A stretch of 64,000 nucleotides of DNA, from NCBI GenBank assembly GCA_964035545.1, contig OZ037769.1:10818633-10882632 (forward strand), in the 5' to 3' direction. The stretch is from Bugula neritina. Taxonomy: Eukaryota; Animalia; Bryozoa. Of the stretch, positions 24,659 through 38,257 are shown piece by piece. The notes beneath the pieces were generated by a model that was not told where the DNA came from, did no database searches, and worked only from the letters and a program-made list of their open reading frames with translations. Numbering within the stretch: position 1 is the first letter of the stretch; each line of letters starts with the position of its first letter. The position numbers and the translations under genes are program-made.

Positions 24659-26120
24659 AACACTGTAGCTATTGATATATGTTTATTTGAATCTATAGTA
24701 TTTGTTTGTAACTGTAATTACACAAATGTATACATGAATGTATCATATATATATTTTTTTGTTACCATACATTTTATGTATATTTTACTGAGATGAAAAC
24801 CTCAGCTAGTAGTAATTTGAATATGTAATGTATATCCAGAGCTTCACGATTTTTGGGATGAGTCTTGCTTATTTCCTACAGTAGCACATATTTTGCAGTA
24901 TTTTGCAGTAATAAATTATATGATACTTATATATTATTTAACATGCATGCTAATTGAAATAATATTATGTGTGAGTTGTGACATAATTAAAAAAGATCGA
25001 TACAGCAGCATTGATTGCATGGTGAAGGCCTCCCAGCTGCAAGTGAAACACTGATATTGTTATTGACATAATGAAGTCACTTTTGTCTTGAATATTAATT
25101 ATAAACTTTATACAACTTAATGACAGCTCACCAAATGTACAACAGCTACAAAAACATAAAAATAATTTACACAAAAGTAAATAAAACTCTACAATCTGCA
25201 TTTTATAGCAGTGGAAACAAATATTTGTATTTCATCATTATGATATATACTCAGCTGATATCATATACAATGTAACACTGATAATATGAAGATTAATTAC
25301 ATAACAGTTGTGTTTGTTTGAACTAACCAAGTGCACAGGTTGTATGTTTATTTGTGCTGGTAATTTGCTGATCATTTATTTAGCATTCACTTTGTTTTTC
25401 GCATCAAAAAATCTAGTTCTATCTAGCTCCCAAGTTCTGACCAAAAGGTTGGTAGCCTTCTAGCTTTCTGCCCAAGACTAAACTAAGGCTTTATTATTCT
25501 TGTAATTTTATGTTGGTAGTTGTACTTAACCAGTCCATTATATCATAAATACTACTGAGCTGATAAAAAAATAATTCGTATAGTTTAACAAGGAACAGCC
25601 ATTTCACAATGATCTTAACTAAAAGTATATATGCGACATTATTCTCATCATTTCTTTCATTCGCTAATGCTTAGATCGGATAGTGTTTCACTACACAATT
25701 TATGTGAGATTCAATTTATTGTGACTATAGTAGTCTGCCTTATAGTAGACTTTCCACGTCCTATCTGACTAATTATTTTAAAATAAAACTTATTTGAGAG
25801 CTTGTTTACTTTTTTAATACCAATGAGACATGAGCTGGAAAATAGTTCTAGTTCAGTGTTTAATTAATGCCATCAGTCGAATATAGAGTTATCTTTACTT
25901 CACTTCACTTCACAAAACAACTTTTCAAGCTTTTGCTATAGCGAGTACAGTTACCGGATGCTGTAATTTTCTAAGTGCTCTCTCACTTCCTTGTTAGAAC
26001 TGCAGAATATTAAATAGAAATAGTAATTAAATTCAAATTGTAACAAAATCGCTACTCTATTTAATACTGGTTTTGTAATTTTATGAAAAAAAGCGTTTTG
26101 AAATTTTTCCTGTTGCAAAA

Positions 26121-29100
26121 ATGGTAAGTTATTTTTAAAACGGCTAAACTTATGGAGACTCAAGTCTCAATTCCGTATGATCAACCTCAGCCCTCATTAG
26201 TCATTATCATACTGATACTCGCTCTCACTATCAGTATCAGGCTTTTTGAAATGAAAATATAAATGAAAAATAGAATAGTTTTCGTTTTCATTCTGTGATG
26301 ACTGATGAATGACTGCTTCTTAGTAGCACGCTGATGTTAGTTATGATTATTGCTACACATTGTCATTCACTGTCAATTTTACATTGATTTTGAATGATGA
26401 TTTTAGTACAATCTCAATCTGTTAGTATCAGCTAAAGCTGTATGTATTTTAATAAATATAGAAAATATTAAAAAATATTGTTTTATTAAGGATGGCATGG
26501 TCGTCCAAAGCAGACTCGGTGCAACTACAACTATTCGTGATACTGATAGTGATACTCTTAGTACTGTATTTAAAAAAGCTAGAAAATTACTAAGGCTGTG
26601 ATAATTTTAAACAGGAACATCCCTTCAAACTGAAATGTGCAATAGAAACAGTAAATAAAATTAAATGTTTATAAATTTATTACTTGCAGTTAATGGAACT
26701 ACTAATTTAGCTATTCTCAAAGTAAATTTATAAATTGAGCTGTAAACTTAGCAATACATCTGATTGAAATGATAACCATTTAAAAAGTATGAAAAATGCT
26801 AATATTCTTAGACTTAGTAACTCATTATGTATATTGATTTTATTGAACTAAATCTGATTAATTTAGATTTAGGCATCATTTAGTCTTTACTAGCTGATAG
26901 ATGCTAATATTTACTTAGATTTGTAAGTTTAATGCACAGCATCACACTATATATGATGTTATGAATATAGATCTATTGAAATTATTTTGCATAATCTGTT
27001 CATTACACATTTCATGATTTTGCTCATGGAATTGTTTTTAGCTATTTTAAAAAATTCTTTTGAAGTTTAGGAATAATTTTAGGCTGCTACATTGAAGCCG
27101 TACTTGGAAGCTGTGCGGAAAACTCTGCATGCGTCTATGTGCTTAGAAAACTTCCCTTCGCAAGTTGTGGAACGGCACAATAAACCTGAAGTAGAGGTTA
27201 TGTAAGTTAATCATCTTTTCATTTATTATAAGACACAGTAACAATTGTGGCTATGTAATTTGCTCGTATAATAATATCCTATATAGACATTTTCCATAAC
27301 TAGATATTATACAAATACTGTTTGAATTATGTAGTTGGTGCATGTCATTAAAAGCTATATTCTATTAACTCATCTGTGTAAATATTGGTTTAAATTTCCA
27401 TTGCTTGTTATAGAAATGTACTGTTATTAGCATCAACTATCTATTTTTAATTTGAAACACTAATACAGGTCGAGTAAGGAGCTGCTGTTCACTCCAGTCG
27501 TTATCAGTAGAAATGAGAGGGAAAGAGTGAAGATAGAAGGCTCTATAAACTCTATAAGAATAAGTATTGCTATTAAGCAGGTTAATATTTATTTAAATAT
27601 TCTATGAATTGTTTTACAATATCTTATCAGTGACAGTGAGAACACTTCAGTCTGGAGTGCCTCTTCGTTGTAACTGTGAATAAGTTGCACCTTGGATTCT
27701 TGGAATACATTACTGTAATTTCTTTTATATACTATAATTTTATTCAAAATATTTCAATGTTTTTAATATCATCAGCAAACTTATAGCTTTGTTGTATCTA
27801 TTAAAACCCCAATTGTCTACAAAAACATGATGTGAGTTACACATTTTGTTTACATTTAATATTTACTCCTTGTCTTTTAGGCTGATGAGATTGAGAAGAT
27901 TCTATGTCACAAGTTTACTAATTTTATGATGCAAAGAGCAGAGAATTTCTTCATTCTGCGTAGAAAACCTATTGAGGTGAATGTTGCATTTTGCTTTTTA
28001 TGTTTTGTTGATGAATTATAGAAATAAGGTTTACAAAAGTGACCATAATTGTTATAGAATTATTAACTAAAAAATTACAAAAACAACATAGTTTTTTACA
28101 TGTTGCTTTAAAGCTGTGAATGAAATAGTGGCTGACAGACTGTATATATATGAGTATCATTCACATTGCAGGTTCTAAGCATAATGTTTTGTAGTATTTC
28201 AATCTTTTAAGTAGTGAAATAATTTGATATGGTGTCCCCCTTCCCTTACAGTAATATTATATAACTAGCATTATAATAATATTATGTATCTAATACTGTA
28301 ATAATATTATGTATCTAATACTACAGTAATATTATGTAGCCAGTACTATAATAATATTATATAGCCAATACTATGGTAATCTTATGAATCTAATACTATA
28401 GCAATGTTGAAATTGTTGAAGTGGACAAATACTAAGCAGTGTCCAGATAGAATGGAAGTTGAAGGTAAAAGTTGAATACAATTACTAGTATACTTTGACA
28501 AGCTGTGTAATATGATTTATGAGCAACCATTACAATAGTGACATTAGTAGACATCTCACTCTTTTTCAAGGTAGTATAGAAAAGATATTGCCTGAGATAA
28601 ATAAATGAACAGAGCTATGCAAAAATTACATTGTGGGTTGCAGAGTGTCCCACTTTACCAAACACCACGATACAAGTACTCATGCTTAGATAGCAAAGTT
28701 TAATACTCTGCGTTTGGGCTTGTGTATTTTAGATATAGCAAGTTGAGATTGTTTTAAGTCAGTTTGCAAACAAATTAAGTTTTCCTTTGCACCAACATAC
28801 TTTGTAAAATGACTTTATATTGAACATAATTTTAGGGTGATCTTGTATGTGCGCAGCAGTACTTGAAGCACATTAACTATACATGTGCACTAGGTGGTTC
28901 CCATTTAAAATTGTAATGAAATTGCAGAAAATTTGCAGTAAATTGAAGAATAATGTAGTCAATTGGAAAGATCAAAAATTAAAAAGTTCATTAGTTCAAA
29001 AGATCAACTGTTATGATTCAAAAATATAACCAGAAGCTACAAAACATTAAACAATAAGACATTTCAGCTGGTTAGCAGCTTCTTATCAGTTATGTTAGCT

Positions 29101-29601
29101 TCAATTATGAATCAATCTCTAAAGCTTCAAACCACCCAAAAACTGCAGTAAGGAAATATTTGCCATCCAGCTGATATTTATGTCAATTATGTTTTATCTG
29201 TTTAGTCAAACAATTAATTCATACTTTATCAGTAGTTTGATAAAATTAGAACCAATTAATTTCTTGGGAATTAGTTATTGGACAGATTTTAGAAAATGAA
29301 TTGTGGGAAGGAGGAAATTTTTTTACAACTTCATGTTTTTTAATCTTTTAATTATTGGTTACAATATTAAATTGTGTATGATATAATATATAGCAGTTCT
29401 AACATGCGTGAGTTTTTCTAGGGCTATGATATTAGCTTTCTGGTGACTAACTTTCACCTGGAGCAGATGCTGAAGCACAAGCTGGTAGACTTTGTCATAC
29501 ACTTTATGGAGGAAATTGACAAAGAAGTCAGCAACTTGAAGCTTGCTGTCAATACACGAGCCAGAATAAGTGCTGCCGAATTCCTTCAGTGTTTCAATTA
29601 A
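26121..29601 (+). CDS. ARPC4: Actin-related protein 2/3 complex subunit 4; exons 26121-26123 (ATG only), 27083-27201, 27469-27580, 27881-27976, 29422-29601
   Basis: [68 protein letters not shown] and [35 protein letters not shown]. The start is ATG|gtaagt at the end of the first exon. Confidence 0.97.
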
Positions 29602-31563
29602 TTCCACCTGCCTGTAAATTTATTTATGTTCTAATAATACCTTCATCAACTTTTTTTAAATTGCAGCAAATTTAGATAATTTTATAATGTTTCATTCATT
29701 TATGTAACTGTATTAATTGTTTAAATGATTTTTCATATTATAGTTAAGTTTGTGATATTTTTCTACTAAAATTTAAACTGTCAGTTTTGTAAATAAATTA
29801 CTTTTTCTACTCTTGTAAGAACATATTTCTAGTTTTCTCATGACAGGGAAATTACTGCTCCCCATGTTGTGCTAGTTTCACAGACTGCTCGTTAATATTA
29901 AACTAGAGGTAAATGTGTGGCGTAGATGCATGGTGAATGAGAAGTTCTAGTTAAAAATTATGTTTCTTTCAACAAAGATAGGAAAAACACAACCTTATGC
30001 AGTTTTCTTGGTGGTAATAGCAAGTATGTAAAGTATCTGCATCACACTAAATCACAAAAACAACAATAGTTATTAATTATTAATTTTGTGTCCTGATTTA
30101 TTTCAGTTACATCCTTGTTATGGATAGGGTAGGGAGGGCCCAACTATATCCTTCAACTATCGCTTCTAGTTTTACTGCATTCAGCAAGATTAAAATGTCA
30201 CGAGGCTTATATAGCTAGCATGTGTAGTTTATTAGGTTAGCATGTATTGTTTATTAAACACAAGATGTAACTACAACAGACAAATATTACAGGAGGCTGA
30301 GCAGTAAAAGAATTTATATTCCTAATACTAAAAGGTGTATTTTGGGGAAGAAATTTGAAACAGGGAGCAGCAGTAGTGTTCAAGTGTATAAAGCATAAAG
30401 TATAAATATAAAGCATTTTAATTTTATATGCTTCCACACACTCAAGTTTCTCTGCATCTAGTTCTCTGCCACAGTTTGCATCACACTTATTCTATAATTT
30501 ATTCATATTTACCAAATACCATCATCCTCCTTAGAAGTAGCTAAATTGAGCTCAAGATGAGATTTGTTTATAGATGACTCATCAGCATTAGTGTGCACTG
30601 CCAACTACTTAATCAAGGATTTGGATAAAATTAGAGACATAACATACTAAGTCCTAAGACATCTCTAACACTGTCTTATGATTGTGGGAGAAGCTAATTT
30701 ATTACAATATGGTATAAACAAAATCCTTCCAATTGATAATATGGCTCTGGTATTCTCACAGGAGCATATAGGTTTAGCAAATATCCCATTCAAAATAGAC
30801 ATGTTATTTTTGGTGGAAGTATGTATTTTTTTAAAGTTTAAACCAATTGTAGAACTTTTTCCACACATCTTTAAAAATTCATTAAAAATTATTTGCCAAA
30901 TCACTACAAGCAAAAGCTGTGGACACGAAGTAAGCAACAGGTCAAATGTGATTTACATGAATATTTTATTTGTTGTTCAACTAAATAATAAATATTATAT
31001 ATAAAATAAAATATTGCTTAATGATAACCAGCATATAAAATTGATAAAAATTAGAAAAATAGTGAAAATATCATATGAAATAGGTACTGATTCACAACCA
31101 TAGTTACAAATGCATATCTAACATAAATTATGTACAGATTGAAGCCAAATGTTCTAGACATTACCTTACAAAACATGGAAAATAGTAAATTAATATATCT
31201 ACACATATAATTAAATTAAATGAATGTAATGATATCAATATCTTGCAGATAGTATTCTGCCTTTATATTCACATCTTATAGGAGATCCAACTGGTTCTAA
31301 TATTAATTAGCTACAAGGGCTGCCTGGCACCAGAAATCTCTTTGTAGCAGTGACTATAGCACCATAATTTATTGGCAGTGTGTCAACATCCAGTGTGTAA
31401 GAGTAGAGGGTGTCAGCCTAGAGAGTACCGGCAGCTCTTGACATGGTACAAACTGAGTGCTTTGGCAGCATCAGCATTGACAGAGAATATGAAAAGCTAG
31501 CAGTTTAAACCAAACAGTGGCTCTAGTCCAATGAAAAGCCTCTCACTGCTGAATGCTAGCCAA

Positions 31564-34500
31564 TCAGTAAGGGCTCAGCGCGTCTTCAATGTTGAAAGCC
31601 TGTGGCATGGCAAGAGAAGAGGAGAGCATGGGGTCACCAGCAATGGGCGAGTCAATGTCGTCCTCCATAGCCTCAGCGCCACTGCTCAGCATAGCCTCAG
31701 CGCCGGCGCTCAGCATAGCCTCAGCGCCAGGGTTCAGCATAGCGTCTGGCTCCATCTTAATAGAGGGTGCTGGTGGTGTGGCAGAATGACTATGACTTTG
31801 AGTGATACTAGTTGAATTCAACATCATCTCACATTGCTGTAAGTAAAGAAATAATTTACAAGTGTTGGTGAAATACAGTGACTGTGTGAGGAAATAACCA
31901 GGTTTTACCTGTATTAGGTGTGTAACAGTTTTTGGTTGCACATTTCAAGTGATAATATAAACAACTTACTAAACTTTCTTATAACTTTTTGTGTAACTTA
32001 ATTGTTAATTGAAAACTCCATGTTTTGTTAACCTTGCTTTTTATAGTGCCAGCATATTTTTCATTTGTAGTTTTACATACCGTGCCCTCAAAACCATCAT
32101 ATACATTTTTGAGATAAAATAATGAAAGCTGTTCACTTGTTGTACAGATCATTTTAAACTTGAAGCTTATGAGGAACAGTCAAAGCAGATTGCATGATGA
32201 ATCAGAAGAGATGAAATGACTGGAAAGGGCAGTGACTCAACTATCAAATGAGAACTCAACACACCAAACTGTTGCTACTAAACGCCATGGAGGAAAAGCG
32301 TGATAAATAGTCCAAACACACGAGGTTAAAATAACTCTAATGTTAGGTAATTCTGCTTAGATCACCTTTGATCAATTATATAGGGGGGATAATTCTATGA
32401 TCTTCTATTACAGCTGTGCTATACAATGAAGGTAGTGCAAATTGTCATTTGTTTCTAAATAATTAACTTCAATACAGTTTAATGCAACTCACTGTAAGTT
32501 CAAACCTGGTCTATATTTTTGCTCACGTTGGATAAATTATGCATTATAGATGCTATAGATGACATGTGCAGTGTATGCAATATCAGTGTATTGGAGAAGA
32601 TAAATTCTAAAGTGAGTTGTTGGCATACACTTAGCACTACTGGCATACACTTGGCAATACTGGCATACACTTAGCACTACTGGCATACATTGTCCCACAT
32701 GGCATTGAATACCAGAGAGATAAAGGAAACCACCCCCCATACTATCAGCAGGTAATCAAACACAACTATTCTGGCAGACTATATTTGTGTATACATGCAT
32801 ACTTTATCAGTGATAGCTGCACACCACTGTTTACCAGATAAGGAGATATGCTTTACTACTAAGGACACAATGGTGTGTGAAAGAGATAGTAACATCCATG
32901 TACAACCATAGTAGCATAACCATGAAAACTTGTATATTCTATCACCTAAGAAAAAGCCTGTGGGCAAAAAGTGTACATTAAATGATGTGTGTGTATGGAT
33001 GGGAGATCACCATCAGTTAGAAACTGCTGGTGAGTAAAAAATTTCATAGGCAAATTAAACTTTCAGTTACTGGCTACATGACAGGAAAACAGTTTGATCA
33101 AATCCTGACATACTATCTAACTGCAGCAAATTCGGCATCCGCCAAAAATTTCCTATGAGTAAATAATTGACTTTGCTAGGAGGAAACAATATAAAATACA
33201 AGGAAATAGGAGCCCAGTACACAGCTGTTAGGCAATTACAGTTCACCAGAACCTCCCACATAAAGAGACAGAAGGAAGTCCAGCAGTGCTTCTGGGAGCA
33301 ACTGAAGAACAGTGTGTGCTGTGTAGTATAGGGGTGTGTGCTGTGCAGTATAGGGGTGTGTGCTGTGTAGTATAGGAGTGTGTGCTGTGTAATATAGGGG
33401 TGTGTGCTGTGTAATATAGAGGTGTGTGCTGTGTAGTATAGAAGTGTGTGCTGTGTAGTATAGGGGTGTGTGCTGTGTAGTATAGGGGTGTGTGCTGTGT
33501 AGTATAGAAGTGTGTGCTGTGTAGTATAGGGGTGTGTGCTGTGTAGTATAGGGGTGTGTGCTGTGTAGTATAGGGGTGTAACTAGCTGTACAGTACAGGT
33601 GTGTAACTAGCTGTACAGTACAGGGGTGTAACTAGCTGAACAATGGTGGTACTGTTACCTGCAGACGAAGCATAATTAGTCTGTTTTGTCTGTCCTTCTC
33701 CTTCATTTGCTCCTCCAAGAGTTTCAGTCTCTGTTGGTCCCTCTTCAGATCTCTGATGTAGTCTACAGACGCCTTCAGTATCGTCCCTTTATTCTGCCGG
33801 AAGTCCCTAAACACACACGAGATTGCAATGAGCAGCTTGTCCTCTCAGAATAAAACATCTGCTTAGCTTTGCTAGAGGCAGCAGTTTGCTGTCTGTAGGC
33901 AGCGAATTTGAGAAAAGTTGCTTTGAAGGAGCTGAGGAAAAGTTAATCTAAGAAACCAGTTTGATCAAGTTAAAGTAGCATTGTTTACAAATTCAACAGC
34001 TTTTTGTCTCTAATTTCTGAACCATGCAATCGAAGTGACATCTAGTATCCATATACAGGCTGGGTTGGTAGAGTGGCTGGGTTAGTAGAGTGGCTGGGTT
34101 GGTAGACTGGCTGGTAGAGTGGCTGGTTGTTAGGGGGATGTGCAAGTTAACCCACTATCACAAAGGATCAGTGAGCTAACAGATTAAGTTATATTTATCA
34201 CCACAGTAGAGTACGAGTGTACTAAAGCTATTCAAGTGGATAACAAATTCAGTTAGAAGTTGACTGATAACATGCTCTACAATGCTTTTTCTCATTTATG
34301 GGCCCTGAAATGCTAACATTGTTTGATAATTGACTTAGCAGTTAACTGGAGTGCATTTCATGATTAAGCATTAATAAAAGTCAAGTAAAGGGGAACTAAA
34401 GCCAGCCATACGCCATGTTCCCACCACTATAAAGAGAGTAATGTCCACCCAGACCCACATGAATGATGTAATACATACGGGTCACTAGTGCTGGGCAGTA

Positions 34501-37500
34501 GAGTCCCTAGTTCCTTGATTCTGTCATTTATATTGTATCTCCTTCGTCTCTCAACTACAAACAACAATTACATGTCACTAGCCTGGAGCTGCACTCAAAA
34601 TACTGCCAAATAACACCAACAATGAAGCTGTAATAGAGAAAGCAGGAGACTAACTAATCTCCATAATCTAATGACAGGTTTTTGAATAACAGTAACATTA
34701 GCGATAATGTCTATACAACTACCTAGCCAGATGTCTTTAACCAGTACACAGACTACTAGTAGAACAACCTTTCTACTGTAAGTGCCATGATATGTAGTAT
34801 AGTGCAGTATATTACATAGTATATTACATAGTATATAGAATAGTATATAGAATAGTATAGTGCAGTATATTACATAGTATATAGAATAGTATAGTGCAGT
34901 ATATAGAATAGCATATAGAATAGTATAGTACAGTATATAGAATAGTATAGTGTGAGATATGGTATATTATACTATAGTAATACTGACTCTGGTTATGATT
35001 ATCTTTCTTCTGGCGATCCTTAGACCAGGCGTTGAGGTCGTTATAGACGGGAGCTGAGAGAGAGACCTTAGACTGAGTCAGATCTGCTGAACCCGACTCC
35101 ATGTTGTGTGGCACAGTTGAAGACAGCTGCAAAATCATATTCAGATCCTGATCTTTGGCAGCGTCAGCTTGCTCTAGTCCCAGAATATCTCCCAGAATCT
35201 CATCTACCTGCAGGTGTATAAAGAAATAATATTAAACTATTCAACAATGGAGGCAAATTTCACCATTCAGTTTTAATGCTGCCTTGCTAGTAAGGCAGCA
35301 CGTGTTACTAGAGAGCTTACCTCTGAGGGGCTGCCGCCACTGGCCACGCTGCTGCTGATGACAGAGAGTGGACTAGTGGCGTCAGGCATGCTCGAACTGT
35401 TGTGCGCTGCTCTGCTAGTTGCATAAGGCGAACCGTTCATCTGTTCTGTGTGTTGAGCTGCAGGCATGGAGTGTGGCCCCATTCTATTACCATTTTTCAA
35501 AGACTCGCTGAGATAGCTTTGTATTTGACTGTTTCTAGTTTGTTGCAGGTAATATTTAGTGGGGTGAAGCAATCCTGTCTTCACCTAAAAGACAAGAAAT
35601 CTGGGCTAAAGTTCCTTTTCAATGAATTAGGCTAAAAATATATCTGACAACAACATACTTCTAAATGGTGGCCGGCTATTGTTGAATGTTGCGTTAGCGA
35701 TTGCCCAACGCGTCGAGTAAAGGAGCTAATCTATTTCAGTAGCGCCGAGTATTGCGAAACTGCAGTGAGTCATGTTATAATGGAAAACCCGATTGGGCAA
35801 TACATTAATATTCACGCCATACGCAGGCGATTATAAGTAATCAATATGCAGAAGAAAGCTAGTAATATAGAATAAACATACACCTAGCACACCTTGCGGG
35901 CTAACCCGGCCCTGTAGGTGAAGGATGTTTAAGTTTACAGTTTCATTAAAATATCATTCAACTGTAAACTTGAACGGCTTTAAATATAAAATTTGCTACT
36001 GCAAATAACAGTGAGCAGTATAAGTATTCCAAAGTTGCAGTCAACAAGAGCTTTGGTGACTGTACTGCAGAGCTAAAACATGCTACTGCAGCTACCAGTA
36101 AATTAGCTTAACTAAAGCATCAGTTTCCCCCAATGCTTAAGCCAAATAGTCTGTAAGAATCCAATGCTCTCAAACTGAGCAGACAAATTGAAGTAAACCA
36201 TGAGAGAAATGCAGCCACTACAGCTCACTAACCTCCACTACTTTGTGGGGAATGGGTGAACTAAGAGCAGAAACTGTGATGGGCATGTTTATGGCTGTAG
36301 ACTGAGAGAATGCAGGAGTGTTTGCATTCCTGTTACTTCGTTGTAGCTGGTCTTCCAGTTGCTGTTTCTGTAGCTGCATTTTGAGGTCGATTTTAAGTGG
36401 AGTTGAGGCATGTTTGACTTCAGTTCTCAGCCTAAAAGAATTAATGTAATACAGAGATATGAGCACGGCTTACTGGTGGTTTCTTATTTAGCTTACAGTT
36501 GCTGCAGTAGGAAGACTGCCTTTTAAAACAGACAAATCCCTGCACAATACACAAGTCACCTTATATAACTGAATATGGACAGTAAGGAAATAGTTACACA
36601 GATTATACTAGCCGATTTGGAAAGTGAGTCTAAATAGAACATATATACCCTAAATAACAATTGAATAGTTTTATTTAATTTCGTATACTGAATGTTTTAT
36701 TAATAATCCAGAGAGCATAGCCTGCTACTCTGCCCAGCATTGCATAGTTGCCCTAGACTTTAGAAAATCCCTTAACATTTCTAAACTACTAGTAGGCAAT
36801 ACTAGATTTCAAGTACCACAAGAACAAACCACAAGAAGAAACCACAAGAACACAACACAAGAATGCACCACAACACTGTTGAATACAAAAGATAAGTTTT
36901 AGAAATTCCAAGTTATCTCAAAATGAATACATAAAAATCACCTACTTATATCATTGGATTTAATGGTACGAAAAATAGATAAATGCAGACATGTGACAAT
37001 GTTACAAGTGTTGTCTATACTAGTACTTAATATAACTATAAACTCACATTGTAGTTGGTTCATAGTATACTGTCAGTATGAGTATGGACAATTAGCAACA
37101 TGTAAGTTATAAGCTGAAGAAATTGTACAAGCAATCAGCATGCCACATGAAAACTAAGTGAAAGTAGAACACGCATAATCAACAAAGCTTGAGTTCAAAG
37201 ACAAGTTGATTTGAGTACTCAGAAACTGTTGTATTTCTTAGTTATAGTTGGTGACAAGTTCAATGTGAAGGAACCTACAGCTACTACGAATACTCCAGCC
37301 ACAGTCACATTAAGTTTAATTATAGTAGTAACAGATTTTGAGTATAACTTCAAGGTATTATTATATGTATACTTAGAGTTTGAAAAATACTTGATAATTT
37401 GCTAATTGAGTAATTCAGTGTTTAATTCAATGACAAATGTAACTCATAGTGATACTGATAGTGTCTGTTGAAATGGACTACTTAATTACATAATTTTCAA

Positions 37501-38257
37501 CCCTGAATTTTGCTCCGATTAAATGATTAACTTTTAATCCCACTATTAGTATTATGATTAAATAAAAATCCAATCATTATATATTTAAATTTAATTTGAA
37601 ATTTATTATACCAAGTCTAAACTCTAATGGTAATACTTAAGTAATACTAAGTCTAAGACTAATACTCAAATAGTTCTAAACTTATTCCTAGAGTTAAACT
37701 CAAACTTAGAGTAAGAGTTAGTCTTACACTTACACACTAACTTACAGACATAAGAAATATATTGATATTCACTTATTATAATTACTAAATATTATTAATA
37801 ATACCCATAATATCAATATGAATGTTCATAATTCTACAAGTTCTACTGGTAGTACTTAGTAGTACTTCTAGCAGTAGCATTAGATTAATACTTAAACTAA
37901 TAGTTCTACTTATACTAATAATAATATTAATAGTAATACTAATAGTAATACTAATAGTAATAGTAATAGATTTAGTAGAACTAGATTATCATTGATACTA
38001 ACTAAAACCAAAAAGGAACAACTAATGTTTTACCAATTAGCAATTTACCAACACTGTAACAATAAGATTAGGAGAATATTTATATTTACAGGTACACTAA
38101 AATTTTAGTAAAAGTAAACGATTAAATCATGATCTTGAACTTACGTTCGATCAACGAAGCTGCTACTTTTAAGTTCGCCCAATTGACCATCATAAGCTGG
38201 GAAATCGTCATCTGCCATTAAAGAACCGATGTCGATTTCAATCCCGGATTCATTCAT
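31564..38257 (-). CDS. MITF: MiT/TFE-family bHLH-ZIP transcription factor (MITF/TFE3/TFEB/TFEC co-ortholog), about 430 aa; exons 38257-38145, 36431-36233, 35584-35321, 35207-34988, 34554-34479, 33806-33659, 31836-31564
   Basis: MNESGIE N-terminus, [85 protein letters not shown], a zipper, IKMEP (SUMO-like) and DPMLSS. The frame is kept across all junctions. Confidence 0.95.
31666..31755 (-). repeat. In-frame 24-bp coding tandem repeat (AEAMLSxG-type, about 3.5 copies) in the last MiT/TFE exon
   Basis: catagcctcagcgcc recurs every 24 bp. Confidence 0.9.
33312..33638. repeat. 22-bp minisatellite (ggggtgtgtgctgtgtagtata) grading into a 25-bp unit, next to the MiT/TFE exon 6 donor
   Basis: Seen directly. 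Confidence 0.93.
34790..34975. repeat. Degenerate tandem repeat (tatatagaatagtatagtgcag-like) next to the MiT/TFE exon 4 donor
   Basis: Seen directly. Confidence 0.8.

Noticed and set aside
30665-31004. Overlapping 90- and 108-aa ORFs downstream of MiT/TFE (also 39155-39451)
   Set aside because: AT-rich UTR or intron sequence with no recognisable motif or exon structure.
35884-35912. Possible micro-exon in MiT/TFE intron 2 after cctacag
   Set aside because: The candidate lengths (19 or 28 nt) break the frame between two phase-0 junctions.
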